A stretch of DNA of 64,000 nucleotides from a virus. Lineage: Duplodnaviria; Caudoviricetes. Numbering within the stretch: the stretch's first letter is position 1; each line of letters opens with the position of its first letter. Shown in pieces: positions 22,382 through 33,556 of the stretch. Position numbers and translations under genes: made by a program. The DNA is taken from the IMG/VR virus record IMGVR_UViG_3300021426_000067. One strand, given 5' to 3'. The notes under the pieces are model-generated. The model was given only the letters and a program-made list of their open reading frames with translations. It had not been told where the DNA came from and did not search any database.

Positions 22382-24299
22382 TAATTGGCTCCCATCTTCT
22401 CATATTATATTCTAACTTTCTATGAGCAGACCAAGTTCTGATTGGAGTATAAAATCCTACAACTCTGGTGTATTCTCCCGCAATTGGTTTTCCACATACT
22501 GGACAAGTTGTTCCATAGAAAGCATGATTATCTTCACAAACTTGAATTTTTGTATTAAAGGCAAAATAAGTAACACCCTGGTCTGCAATATATTTAACCA
22601 TTTTCCATGCTTGATCAAAATTAGAAAATGGTGCATCAATATTAGCATGTAAGATAGAACCTCCATTACAAAAATGATCGAATTGTGCTTGGATTCTTAC
22701 TCTTTCTTGTAAAGTAGTTTTGATACCAAGAGGAATAAACTGATTTCCATATAGCGGTAAATCATATATATTTGCGTTAGGATAAAAGAATTTGTCTTTT
22801 TTCATAAGTTTATCTGCCGCAGTTTCTCCAGGAATCTGTTCTGTGTTAATCTTATAATTCAAATTATATTTGTCAATAAAGTTATCCGCAGTTCTTCTTA
22901 TTGTTTGGAATATTTTTTCTCCAAATTTAGCAGCATTTTCTGTATAGAAAGTATTACCTAATTCATCTTTTGTAATATATCCAAAATGTTTCATTGTTTC
23001 ATATATACCTAAGAATCCAATTGTATTATATAAATGTTCAAAATCAATTAATCCATATTTAAAATTAGGTAAAAGTCCTTTATCAACATTTCTTTTAATA
23101 ATATGACGAACACAATCTAAGGCTTGAAGACATACATTAGTTCTTCTTTCAAGTTCTACTAAATACTCTTCTTCTGAATTGGTATCTAAAGCAAGTCTTG
23201 CTAAATTAATAGTATTAACTTTTACTGAGCCAACCTTAAGAGCTGTTCCACCAATAGAATTAAAGTAGCCTAAATCTCTAATATCGGATTTTAAACGACA
23301 GCAATTAGATAAACTATTAACACTATCATCTACAAATAAATTACTGTCTGACCATTTCATATTATGTTGAATTGCCCAACGCGCGAACTCATCATCTACA
23401 AATTCTCCATCTTGATATAATAAAGAAATAGTGCTAACTGGAAATGTCATCATATTTTCTGAACGAATTTGAGACATTGTTTCCATATATATTTTTTGAA
23501 AAGCAATAATTTCTTCTTCATAATCAATCATAAAACTTCCATCAGGAAAAGTGCTTCCGCCAAATAGAGCTTCAAAATAAGGTCTATCAAATACAGAAGT
23601 ATTGGTAAATGCGGATTGAGATCCGTCTCTAACATAAGGTTGATTCACTGCATAGATAAATCTTTGGAAGTTCTGAATAGCATATTTTTCAGGATTGCCT
23701 TCCCAATATTTTTCTTCAATATCTTTCTTCCAAAAATAATACATATAAGGAATTAAGTTTGGTAGTCCAACCGCGCCAGAAGTCCTGTTGCTTGTATATG
23801 AAATAAATTCTTTTACAAAATCTACAAATGTACCTAAGTGCCGCGGCGGTTTTGCATTAAAATTTTTACCAAGGAAAAAAAGTCCTTTTTCAGCAAGTTC
23901 TTTCAAATCATAAGCAAAACAATAACTTTTAAAAGTACATGTGTCTGAATCGTGCATATATAAAGCACCAATCCATTCTAATTTAAGCCATTCGTTAGCT
24001 GCTTTAAAACCATATTTTTTTTGCATTTCATAATAAATTTTATTAAATGCTAACAATTTTCTATGAGACTTTGGCATCTCATTTAGTAAAGTAACTATAT
24101 CTTTATGTGATACATTTGAATTACCATCAATACTGGCATCCGCAACTGTGTCCTCTTGAATAAAGTTACTAATAAAATCATTATATGACAACTGTTCATC
24201 TGCAAAACCATTTATTTTTGCAATATCAGTTCCATATTCAGCTTGAAGTCTGTTATAAGCTGTTGTAAAATTTTTGTTTAATCTAATTGATATATCCAA
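22359..24299 (-). CDS. nrdD: class III (anaerobic) ribonucleotide reductase, no ATP cone
   Basis: YMHD..YC, FTFP-like MTFPV, NCCRL, TINL, CPVCG, TRVVGFY glycyl-radical loop. Confidence 0.92.
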   Translation of the reverse strand: MDISIRLNKNFTTAYNRLQAEYGTDIAKINGFADEQLSYNDFISNFIQEDTVADASIDGNSNVSHKDIVTLLNEMPKSHRKLLAFNKIYYEMQKKYGFKAANEWLKLEWIGALYMHDSDTCTFKSYCFAYDLKELAEKGLFFLGKNFNAKPPRHLGTFVDFVKEFISYTSNRTSGAVGLPNLIPYMYYFWKKDIEEKYWEGNPEKYAIQNFQRFIYAVNQPYVRDGSQSAFTNTSVFDRPYFEALFGGSTFPDGSFMIDYEEEIIAFQKIYMETMSQIRSENMMTFPVSTISLLYQDGEFVDDEFARWAIQHNMKWSDSNLFVDDSVNSLSNCCRLKSDIRDLGYFNSIGGTALKVGSVKVNTINLARLALDTNSEEEYLVELERRTNVCLQALDCVRHIIKRNVDKGLLPNFKYGLIDFEHLYNTIGFLGIYETMKHFGYITKDELGNTFYTENAAKFGEKIFQTIRRTADNFIDKYNLNYKINTEQIPGETAADKLMKKDKFFYPNANIYDLPLYGNQFIPLGIKTTLQERVRIQAQFDHFCNGGSILHANIDAPFSNFDQAWKMVKYIADQGVTYFAFNTKIQVCEDNHAFYGTTCPVCGKPIAGEYTRVVGFYTPIRTWSAHRKLEYNMRRWEPINDNKRIN

Positions 24300-24500
24300 T
24301 TACTCATGCTCCTTTATCCATTTTATTGCTTTAGAAAAATTTAAATATTGATCGTCTACCTGTAAAACAGGGACTTCCATAAAACCTAATTCTAATAGTT
24401 GGTCTATATCATTGGAAATCTAAAAATCAATAGACAAACTTTCTAATTTTCTTTTTAAGACTGTGCATTTTGGACAGCCTGTTGAGTATAGGGTGATCAT
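24300..24500 (-). CDS. glutaredoxin/NrdH-like protein (1 TAG)
   Basis: LYSTGCPKC...IDF*ISND...VPVL; 66 aa. Confidence 0.8.
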
Positions 24501-24543
24501 AAGCAAACCTCCTATTTCAGTAAAAATCATCTAAAGCCATCTA

Positions 24544-24585
24544 TATTATTTAAAAAAGAAGTAATAAAATTATTTAATTTTGTCC
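24544..24585 (-). promoter_or_regulatory. putative phage late-promoter motif
   Basis: GGAC-N9-TAA-N13-TTTTTAAATAAT upstream of glutaredoxin-nrdD. Confidence 0.5.
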
Positions 24586-24948
24586 TTCTTCCTTTAAATA
24601 ATGAAATTGCTTTTTCCCTTCTCTTGATTTTAAATCACACATTTCTGGGAGAGTTTCTTCCATTTGAAGTGCGCCTAAAATATTAAAAGCTGCGGCTGCA
24701 AGATGATCTTCATCATCCCACCCCGCAATATATTTAGCTAAATGACGTTCTGCTGAATCCAAGAAAGATGAGACTGGGATTCCTTTTAAATAATTAAAAC
24801 GTCCATATTTTTTAGCACCCTCCTAATAATGAACAGATAATCTTAATAAAGCAGCCATAGGAAGGGAGAGCATGTCCCCCTTCCCACCTTTCATATCTCT
24901 AACTGCGCCAGTATTAAATTCAGTTCTTTCTCCAGAATCTTTAATCAT
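24574..24948 (-). CDS. dATP/dGTP diphosphohydrolase-like (DUF5664) protein (1 TAG)
   Basis: DSG.RTEF.TGAVRD..GKG, HY*EGAKKYG..N..KGIP, RHL, EDHLAA. Confidence 0.8.
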
Positions 24949-24961
24949 ATTATGCTCCTTT

Positions 24962-25168
24962 TTATTTTAACATAACCCTATTACATATAGGACATCGTTG
25001 TGGTAATTGCAATTTTCCATATTGTAAATTATTTATTTTATATCTTATAATAATGGGGTGCGTTATAAAATCACATTTTAAACATTTAATATAATCTTTT
25101 TCACATAGCCCAATCGGAAGATCAATATTATTTAAATTTACCCATTTAGAATAATAATCATTATTCAT
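24962..25168 (-). CDS. small Zn-ribbon hypothetical protein
   Basis: CLKC...CPIC. Confidence 0.5.
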   Translation of the reverse strand: MNNDYYSKWVNLNNIDLPIGLCEKDYIKCLKCDFITHPIIIRYKINNLQYGKLQLPQRCPICNRVMLK

Positions 25169-28100
25169 TATTTATCCTTTCATGTTCTAATGTAATATTC
25201 CCATTGTTAATATCTGTAATTCTATATAATTGATGGGTTGCGGTTGATTTATATTTTTTAGTTACAAAAGTATCTTCTCTTCTAAAACCTGTAACCATAA
25301 TTTTTGTTCCACGAGAAAACCAGCCTTTTTCTAAAACTTTTTTACTTCCGTCAGCTTGTCTTTCTGAAATTTGACGATTATACATAGCATAATATTCTTT
25401 CGTAAATTTTACATTAACAACTCCATCTGTTGTTAAAATAGTTACAGTTGATTTTGTATTATTCTTACTAATAATAGTTCCTGCAATTTTATGTAATTTA
25501 AAGATAGGAATATTTCTTCCTGCTCTTTTGAAGAAGTAATCAACTTCTGGGTCAGAAGGTAAAGAAGAGAAATCTACAATACCATATTTAAATTTATTAA
25601 TATTAGCTAACTCATGCGGATGATAATAGAAACATAAACTTTCCATTTCCCATGCAGAGATATTACCTGCCGCATCTTTATTCCAAACAGTTTGAAATAA
25701 AAGATTATTATATTGATTTAAAATTTCTATTTGATTTTCTTTTAACCATTCTCTTACAGCATCCATTTCCTTTTGATAAATTTTATCCCATTTAGTTTGT
25801 AAGATACAAACTTCTCCATTGATAATACTTATCTCATTTAAATCATAATTATGACCATAAAATCGTAAAGCTGAATCATCAAGTACATAATATTTTCCAT
25901 TTTTATGTTCTTTAAGATATTTATTAAAAGAAAAAACAAAAATTTGTTTTTGTAATTTTTTTGTTGGGATTAAATTATTCTTTAATAAACCATTAAAGTT
26001 TTGTAAAGTTAATTTCTTTTTAGGCTCACTAATTATAGAAATGTAATATGCCATAATTGCATAGCGCGGATTATCTTTACAAATTTCTGATGCCCACTTT
26101 TCATCAGTTTTATCAAATGCTCCTGATTTAATTAAAGATAACATTTGAGTTTTATTTAATGGACATCTTGCCATAAAATCAATAATTCCTTTGTATGGGC
26201 GGCCTTCAATAATTTTATCAATGACTTGGCCACTAATTTTATTAACACCTTTTAAACCAAATAAGATTTCATTATTAGCTTCATCTGGTTCAAAACTAAA
26301 ACCAGATTTGTTAATATCAATTAAAGATACTTTAATACCTTTAGTGGTAATATCTCCAATAGCTTTAGCTAATTTAGAATAATCGGTTGATTTATCTTTT
26401 GTATTTCCATCATCGTCATCATCTTCTTCTCCTTCAAGAGAAGCACTATTGACAATTAAACATGCGGTATTCCAATAAATAGGATTCCAATGAGTTGCTA
26501 AATAAATTCCTTGGACTCCAATAAATGAATAAGCAAGAGCATGAATAATAGAAAAAGAATATCCCATCTGAGGGCCTACTCCACATCGCCATACATAGCG
26601 ACCAAGGGCGGGGCTACTTGCGGTATCCAGAATTTTTTGATGCAATTCTGGGATTTTATTCATTTGTTTCTTACCAACAATCTTTCGCGCGGCATTAGCT
26701 TCTTTTAAAGAAAAGTTACATATATGTTCATCCATTAACATTCTCATAAGCTGTTCCTGAGAAGGCGGAACTCCATAAGATTGTTTAAAGTATGGTTCAA
26801 GATATGCCTGTTCATCTTTAGTTAAACCTGCTAAATCCATTTCTTGATACCATAAAGATAAATTATTCTTATAGCGGATATATTTTTCCATAGGTGTTTC
26901 TTCACCTTTTTCTGCGGTCATTAACCGCATCAGACCATTGGCATCCGCCATTTCAAGAATGTTTGTAGGTTTAATTTTTTTAGCAGCTTGAGAACCAACA
27001 TCTGAATCAAACTGGAAAACATTTAAAACAGTGTTTTCTCTTAATGCTTTCCAAATTTTTTCATCATTTAAAGGTAAAACTTCTGGATGTAAATATGTGT
27101 CATAGACTTCTCTTAAAGTAAAATATTTATTAATTTTATTATGCTTTTGTAAAAGTTCAATAGTTTTTACAATTTTATCTTGAAATTCTGTTACCAAGAA
27201 ATCATATTTAGTCATGCCGCATGCTTCACATTTATGTAAATCCCATTGAGTAATAATTTCTCCTTTGGGAGTTTTCATAAAGCATCCAAACTCATATGGG
27301 TCTTCGTCAAAGAGGATAACTCCAGAAGCATGACTACTTCTTTTATTTACCAATCCTTCTATTGCCATAGCAATATCTAAAAGACCTTCATACTTATTAA
27401 TTTCTGTAATAAACGCATTTATTGGTTTTCTGCCTTTATCTTTATTGCCATACACAACATCTTTAAGAGGCCATAAAAAACCACGTTCACTGGGAATTAA
27501 TGAAGATAAGTATTGTGCTGTATCTACATCTATCCCATCTGTGAAATCTTCTGATCTGTATCCTCTACAAGCAGTGAGAACAGCACTTTTTGTTCCTTCT
27601 GTTCCAAAGGTAGCTATAAGAGTGCATCCAAGATTTTTCCTTGAGAGTTCATCAATTTCACTTGAAAAGTTTGCACCACGTTCATCTTTAATTCTCCTTA
27701 ATATTAATGGTCGTTTTGAAGGACAAAGATCTAAATCAATATCACCTAACTCAACTCGTTCTTTATTTAAATAACGCCAGAACGGAAGATCCCATTTAAT
27801 AGGATCAAGCTGAGTAACACCTAATAAATAATGATTTAGTCCTGAGCAAGATGAACCTCTACCCGCACCAACTGTACTGCCACATTCCCAAAACATATCA
27901 ACATAATGTTGAAGAGTTATTGGATAACGAAACATATTAGTTCCTAATTTTTCACTAATAGTTTTTTTAATATCTGCCTCTTCTTCTAATCGAGAGAGAT
28001 ATTTATCACAATATAATTCTTTTTCATACAGTGTATCTACACATTTATTTACCCAATATCTTTCATAAATGTCGTCAGAATTTTTCATTGAACACAATGT

Positions 28101-29081
28101 TGGATATTTTTCTTTAATATAATCAGGTTGCTGATTGTCTTTTTGATAATCTTTAACCTTTACTTTTGGAATAGTTTGTTTATGTGCAATACTATAATTT
28201 TCAATTTTATTATAAATTTCATATGAATTATTTACTAATTCATCATAATCTAATTCAGATGGAGCAATATTTTCTTTTATATCGTTTTCATCTTGAAGAT
28301 ACGCATATTCATAAAATGAATCAACTTCACGCTCTCCACCTTTTGAATTAAGATATGCTTTATGAACATATCTATCTTCTTTTTTAAGATAATGTGCATC
28401 TGATCCAAGAACCATCTTACATCCAAATGCGGCAGCTACAGATTTAAGACGTTTATTAACGGCAATCTGTTCGCTTGATTGACCCGGCGCACACTCAATA
28501 TAAAAGTCGTCTCCAAATAAATGTTTACACCAGATAAGAAATCCATTAATATTTTTACGTATTTCTTGCTGTCCTTGAATATCATCATGTTTTTCAGCTT
28601 TAATAAGATTTAAAAGCTGAGAAGATACTTGACCGCCAAGACAAGCAGTTGTAGCAATTAAACTATTAGGATATTTTTTAACAATCTCATATAACTCTGC
28701 ATAGGTAGTAGGAACTCTTTCCATACCTCTATCCCAATAACTTGCCATCCATGCTCTGGAAGAAAGCTCTCTTAATGCCTTAAATCCAGTTTTGTTTTTT
28801 GCAATCAAAATAAAATGATAATATTTCTGACCCATTTCTCTATTCTGGGTAAGATATATTTCATTTCCTAATGCAACCTTAAAATCTGGATATTTAGTTA
28901 AAATTTCTTGAGCGTAAAAATTAGCTTCAGGCGCGGCAGACAAACATTCATGATCTGTAATTGCTATCCCGCTTAAACCAATTTCTATTGCTCTATCAAT
29001 CAATGGTTTGACTTTATTGATTGAATCAAGAAGTCTTAAATTTGAATACTCAGTATGAGAATGAGGTTCAAATCGTTTCAT
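25161..29081 (-). CDS. dnaE: DNA polymerase III alpha subunit (family C)
   Basis: PHP H.HTEYS/ITDHE, GAGRGS, DIDLD, HASGV, KYDFL, GYSFSIIHA; no TAG in 1306 aa. Confidence 0.95.
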   Translation of the reverse strand: MKRFEPHSHTEYSNLRLLDSINKVKPLIDRAIEIGLSGIAITDHECLSAAPEANFYAQEILTKYPDFKVALGNEIYLTQNREMGQKYYHFILIAKNKTGFKALRELSSRAWMASYWDRGMERVPTTYAELYEIVKKYPNSLIATTACLGGQVSSQLLNLIKAEKHDDIQGQQEIRKNINGFLIWCKHLFGDDFYIECAPGQSSEQIAVNKRLKSVAAAFGCKMVLGSDAHYLKKEDRYVHKAYLNSKGGEREVDSFYEYAYLQDENDIKENIAPSELDYDELVNNSYEIYNKIENYSIAHKQTIPKVKVKDYQKDNQQPDYIKEKYPTLCSMKNSDDIYERYWVNKCVDTLYEKELYCDKYLSRLEEEADIKKTISEKLGTNMFRYPITLQHYVDMFWECGSTVGAGRGSSCSGLNHYLLGVTQLDPIKWDLPFWRYLNKERVELGDIDLDLCPSKRPLILRRIKDERGANFSSEIDELSRKNLGCTLIATFGTEGTKSAVLTACRGYRSEDFTDGIDVDTAQYLSSLIPSERGFLWPLKDVVYGNKDKGRKPINAFITEINKYEGLLDIAMAIEGLVNKRSSHASGVILFDEDPYEFGCFMKTPKGEIITQWDLHKCEACGMTKYDFLVTEFQDKIVKTIELLQKHNKINKYFTLREVYDTYLHPEVLPLNDEKIWKALRENTVLNVFQFDSDVGSQAAKKIKPTNILEMADANGLMRLMTAEKGEETPMEKYIRYKNNLSLWYQEMDLAGLTKDEQAYLEPYFKQSYGVPPSQEQLMRMLMDEHICNFSLKEANAARKIVGKKQMNKIPELHQKILDTASSPALGRYVWRCGVGPQMGYSFSIIHALAYSFIGVQGIYLATHWNPIYWNTACLIVNSASLEGEEDDDDDGNTKDKSTDYSKLAKAIGDITTKGIKVSLIDINKSGFSFEPDEANNEILFGLKGVNKISGQVIDKIIEGRPYKGIIDFMARCPLNKTQMLSLIKSGAFDKTDEKWASEICKDNPRYAIMAYYISIISEPKKKLTLQNFNGLLKNNLIPTKKLQKQIFVFSFNKYLKEHKNGKYYVLDDSALRFYGHNYDLNEISIINGEVCILQTKWDKIYQKEMDAVREWLKENQIEILNQYNNLLFQTVWNKDAAGNISAWEMESLCFYYHPHELANINKFKYGIVDFSSLPSDPEVDYFFKRAGRNIPIFKLHKIAGTIISKNNTKSTVTILTTDGVVNVKFTKEYYAMYNRQISERQADGSKKVLEKGWFSRGTKIMVTGFRREDTFVTKKYKSTATHQLYRITDINNGNITLEHERINNE

Positions 29082-29135
29082 ATAGTGTTACCTCTTTTTC
29101 TTTTATTTAATTATAGTATAATATAAAAAAATAAA

Positions 29136-29297
29136 AAAGTCAAGTGAGTTGCCCCACTTGACTTTAGAATAAATATTAATTTACAGTGCCCATTGGAGTA
29201 TACCTCCTATTCATATTGAATTGTTATCAGGTATCATTAATTTAATTACTTATCAAACCATTGGACTGTACCTCGCTTTCTTAATATTTATTTCTGT
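29136..29297 (-). ncRNA. putative structured small RNA (promoter-to-terminator unit)
   Basis: TTGACA-17-TATAAT at 29304-29332, terminator at 29136-29165, internal 12-bp and 6-bp inverted repeats, no sizeable ORF. Confidence 0.5.
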
Positions 29298-29303
29298 AAT
29301 TAT

Positions 29304-29332
29304 ATTATACAAAAAATTTTTTGTTTTGTCAA
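29304..29332 (-). promoter_or_regulatory. sigmaA-type promoter
   Basis: TTGACA-17nt-TATAAT consensus. Confidence 0.8.
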
Positions 29333-29337
29333 ATTTT

Positions 29338-29676
29338 TTATTTATATATTTTTAATCTAATTGGATCATTAAATACCCAATATTTTGATTCTTCTTTTAA
29401 TGGTTCTTTAATAAAATCATAATGACGAAACATAAAATTACCAATGTCTTTCATAATACCATCATAAATTAATGCTAAACAAGGTTGATTAATTATTTCA
29501 TTAAAATTTTCAATTTCTAATATAGAAAAAACTTTAATTAAATCATTAGTAGAAAATATTAAAAAAGCTGTCCCTTCTGTTGATGTTATTTCTAATTTTA
29601 GGATTATTTTATTTGTATCTATATCTTTAATTAAATTAGCATGTGTTATTTTTGCATTAAATATACCTGTAGTCAT
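29338..29676 (-). CDS. hypothetical protein
   Basis: 112-aa ORF with GAGGT RBS. Confidence 0.6.
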   Translation of the reverse strand: MTTGIFNAKITHANLIKDIDTNKIILKLEITSTEGTAFLIFSTNDLIKVFSILEIENFNEIINQPCLALIYDGIMKDIGNFMFRHYDFIKEPLKEESKYWVFNDPIRLKIYK

Positions 29677-29720
29677 ATTATTACCTCATTAATATTAATT
29701 TATTACTGGCTCTTGTTATT

Positions 29721-29990
29721 TTACTAAATAATCCAGTTTTCATCCTCATATTCTTCCCAATCATCAGCTTCATACGAAACTATTTCTGATTCAATAAAAT
29801 CAGATTCTTCTTTAATTCTATTTAAAACATCTTCATACCATTCAAAATCTTCATCAGACATTTTATTTTCATCTGTATTTTTTAAATCATAAAATCTTTT
29901 TTGTTCATCTTTATTTAAAAAATTATCTAAATTAATATGTTTTTCAAGAATAAAAGTTCCTTTGCAAAATTTAGTTTGAATATATTTCAT
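29721..29990 (-). CDS. acidic hypothetical protein
   Basis: ends TAG-TAA. Confidence 0.6.
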
Positions 29991-29992
29991 AT

Positions 29993-31174
29993 TTACCTCA
30001 CTAATACTAATTTATCACTGGCTCTTGTGCAAGCTGTATAGAGCCATCTGGCATGTTCAGTTCCATCAAAAGGAAAGTTTTCCTCAAGAACAACTACTTT
30101 ATCCCATTCACTACCTTGAGATTTGTGACAAGTAATAGCATAAGCAAAAGCAAATTCTTTAGGAACTATCTCTCCATATTTTGGCTTTAGTTTTCCTAAC
30201 TTATATGATAATTGCCATCCGCAACATTTTTCTCCAGTGATAATCATTTGGTGATCCATTTCTGTCATTTGATAAACATCATTGGTTTCTGGCACAACTA
30301 AATCGCCAACTAAAATATCAAATTTTCTTATGTTACTTTGTATAAATCTGGGAATTTCTCGCCAAGTTTGATAACTATTTTTTAAAATACCAATCGTTCC
30401 ATTAATAAGCGGATTTCCCTCTTCGCTAAGGTCATCCCAATAATTTCTTAAACAAATCATTTTGTCTCCATCAACAGGAGAACCTGACCTTCCTTCTAAC
30501 ATTCTCATTTGAGTATTAATAGCTTGCCGTTTGGCGTTTGTTGCAGTTAGAATCTGATCACCCCATTTGAGCACGCCTGTATTTAATTTAGAATAAGGCA
30601 TAATGATTACTTCTTTTCCATTATAATAATCAATAGGCTCATGGTTCCTAATTTTCATAGTCAGTCGAATAATTTCAGATTCCTGTGCCTGCCGCATAAT
30701 TTCATCTAAGAAGATATGAGGGGCATCCAGAAGATGATTGTTTTCATCTTTATCTATTGGCGGAAGCTGACCAGGGTCTCCTAAACAAATTACATAAACT
30801 CGATGAGAGAATAATAAATCCATTAATGTTTTTGGAGCCATACTGACTTCATCAACTACAACAATAGTATAGTCTAATCGCGGCTTAGGTCGTTTGAAAA
30901 ATCCACCGGCGGATTTAGGAATAAACTCATATAATAACTTATGTAAAGTGCAAGCGTTCTTATTTCCTTTTTTACGTAATACTTCCGCAGCCTTACCGGT
31001 AAAAGCACAATAACATACTTTATCTTCATCTACATCAAGAGCCTGAATAATAAAGCGGACAAGGGTAGATTTACCACTACCCGCATATCCACTAATAACT
31101 GTATATTTTTCTCCTGCATTATGCCGACTAACCGCTATTTTCAGTCCTTCTTCTTGTTTCTTTGTTAATATCAT
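29993..31174 (-). CDS. RecD/Dda-like SF1B helicase
   Basis: GYAGSGKS, AFTGKAA, VVDEVSM, GDPGQLPPI, YAITCHKSQGSEW, YTACTRA. Confidence 0.9.
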   Translation of the reverse strand: MILTKKQEEGLKIAVSRHNAGEKYTVISGYAGSGKSTLVRFIIQALDVDEDKVCYCAFTGKAAEVLRKKGNKNACTLHKLLYEFIPKSAGGFFKRPKPRLDYTIVVVDEVSMAPKTLMDLLFSHRVYVICLGDPGQLPPIDKDENNHLLDAPHIFLDEIMRQAQESEIIRLTMKIRNHEPIDYYNGKEVIIMPYSKLNTGVLKWGDQILTATNAKRQAINTQMRMLEGRSGSPVDGDKMICLRNYWDDLSEEGNPLINGTIGILKNSYQTWREIPRFIQSNIRKFDILVGDLVVPETNDVYQMTEMDHQMIITGEKCCGWQLSYKLGKLKPKYGEIVPKEFAFAYAITCHKSQGSEWDKVVVLEENFPFDGTEHARWLYTACTRASDKLVLVR

Positions 31175-31395
31175 TATTCATGTTCTCCAATTGCTTCATC
31201 TAAAATTTGCACAAAACGCATTATATCCTGATTTGCTCTTTGTCGATATATAGCCCATCCAGTATGATTAGAAACATTACTTTCTGTATCTCTTAAGTAT
31301 TCATATTCTGCCATTTGTTCTCTGGCTCTAATATATCTATATACCAGTGAATCATATTGATAGCCTTTTAATTTCTTTTCATCTATTGTTCCCAT
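31174..31395 (-). CDS. hypothetical protein
   Basis: ORF with GAGGT RBS. Confidence 0.6.
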   Translation of the reverse strand: MGTIDEKKLKGYQYDSLVYRYIRAREQMAEYEYLRDTESNVSNHTGWAIYRQRANQDIMRFVQILDEAIGEHE

Positions 31396-31530
31396 TATAA
31401 TATACCTCTATTTTTTATTCTATAATTATTATAATAAAATTTTATAAAAAAATCAAAAAAAGAAAAAGTGATTTAAAAAAATCCAAATGCCTTTTTGGTT
31501 CTCAGATACGACTGCCAGCGCGCCAATCAG

Positions 31531-31737
31531 TTAAGAAGATATACTTAATGAATCCAAAAAATCTGCTATTTTAGGGGCACACGTAGAACATACTTCAATA
31601 TTAGAAAGGTCTACATATTTAAATTTAGCTAATTTAGTTCCATTACTCATCGCATACATATATTTATTTACTGGGACTTGTATTGTTATTATGTTTTCAG
31701 ATGTTTTTTTACATAAATCACATTTATAAATAACCAT
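31531..31737 (-). CDS. small Zn-finger hypothetical protein
   Basis: CDLC...VCSTC. Confidence 0.6.
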   Translation of the reverse strand: MVIYKCDLCKKTSENIITIQVPVNKYMYAMSNGTKLAKFKYVDLSNIEVCSTCAPKIADFLDSLSISS

Positions 31738-31747
31738 TTTATTCTCC

Positions 31748-33520
31748 TTAAAAGAAATACTTAGATGAATCTATAATTTCATAATCCTACATGATAAGTT
31801 GTGGAGTTACTTGTCCATTCCATTCATTAGCATTACACTTACAGATAGCATTTACTTCTAAATATCCAGTAGTAGTAAATAAATTTGCCTATTCTTCAGT
31901 CCCACCAAATTTAATAATAGATAATCCATTTAATAGATTAAATTTAAAAGTATTATTTTTCATAATTTGGAAATTAGAACTGGTAATTTTGAAATTGATA
32001 TTTACATAGGCTCTATCAACATCTTGCCCCCAATAGTCATTCATTTTAGCAATCTATAATATTTTTTGATTATTATTTTCTCTTTCACTAAAATTATAAT
32101 CTATTCTATAAATAGGGTCAACAGAGACTCCTTCCAGAAGTTTATCTACGCGGCAAAGAAAATTATTTACTTCACTACCTTTTATACTCACTCCCGCCGC
32201 ATTGTTATGTCCCTGCACATAAACAACTTCAGGGCATTGTTCAAGCACTTCTTTAAAACTGTCAATCCCTGTTTTAGTGTATCCCCGCATAGAACCTTCA
32301 TATGTTTCCTATCCATTTCTATTGGTTCTGGTTAATAAACAACAAGGTCTTTGATATTTTGCCATAAACTTATTTGCAATTAAACCGCGGATTTCAGGCT
32401 CAATTTGACCTGGTTCTAATAGGAATAAAAGAATTTTATGGTCAAGCATATTATTAGTTTTTATCATTTTTTCTAATGCAGTCAAACCTGCTTCTTCTGC
32501 TCTTGTCTGTCTATTTTTAACATTTGTAACTGTTCTAATTGCTTGTAGAATTAATGGTTCTAACTCTCCTAATTTATGTCCACGCTTGTTTGAAATAACT
32601 TTCTCAAAAGCCTTATGATTTAACATCGAATTAAATAATAGATTTTTCTATTCTATTGTTCCACTTCTGGTGATAGCATTTACAAAAGGAACAATAAAAA
32701 ATGCGGCGCCCATTGAAGTGCAAGCCATTTCAGCATCAGCTGAGACATAATCTGCTTTTGATAATGGGAATCCATTTTTTTCAATCATATAATCAATAAA
32801 AGGATTTTTAATATTTTCTTTTTTAAAACCTTTTGTAATAAGATAACGAGTTTCAAAAGAGCGTAATGACATCATATCTCCGCAATTACCAAGAGCAACA
32901 AGGTCTAAGAAATCATTAGCATAATTTTCAGTTAAAAATGAATCTATATAACGGCAAAATTGCCAGACAACTCCAACTCCAGATAATTCTTTATTAGGAT
33001 AATTTGATAATTGATTATTAATAGTTACCGCATAATCGCTTGGATAAGGAGCTAAGTGATGATCTAAAACTAAAACGCCTATGCCTTTAGAATATAATTC
33101 AGTATGATATCTATAATCATTACTACTTGAATCGGGACAAATAACTAAAGAATAATAATTTGAAATTTTATCCATACAATCAGATAATCCATGTTGTTTA
33201 CCAGAGTGCATTATCCATTTCAAGTGTTGAGTAACCCAAGTAGGAAATATTTTATATAAATAATTAATTAATAGGGCGGCAGATGTATAACCATCACAGT
33301 CGCAATCAACTATTACTAAAGCATTTTTATTTTTTAAAATAGTATCTAATAATAATTTTAATCCTTGTTTTAAATTCTATTCTCCTAAAAATAATGGAGA
33401 ATAAATATCATTATCTGATAAGTTTGTATAATGAGCAATATCTGTAATTCCTCTATTAAATAAGATTTGCTATGTTGCAGAAAACTGCTCATTAGGTTCA
33501 TTTATTAATTTATATTTCAC
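31748..33520 (-). CDS. RecJ-like DHH ssDNA exonuclease (6 in-frame TAG)
   Basis: 590 aa from GTG; IVDCDCDGYTS, KQHGL, LDHH, LSGVGV, GSMRG, GHNNAAG. Confidence 0.88.
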
Positions 33521-33556
33521 GTTTTATTTCTCCTTTAGTAAAAATTTTTCTATTAT

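Noticed and set aside
25161-29081. Intein or intron in dnaE (also considered for nrdD, gyrA/B, terL)
   Set aside because: No intein terminal motifs or homing-endonuclease insertions were noticed, and lengths are ordinary.
31480-31530. Short GC-rich intergenic stretch as a possible tRNA or ncRNA
   Set aside because: Too short, with no cloverleaf or T-loop; only a weak hairpin.
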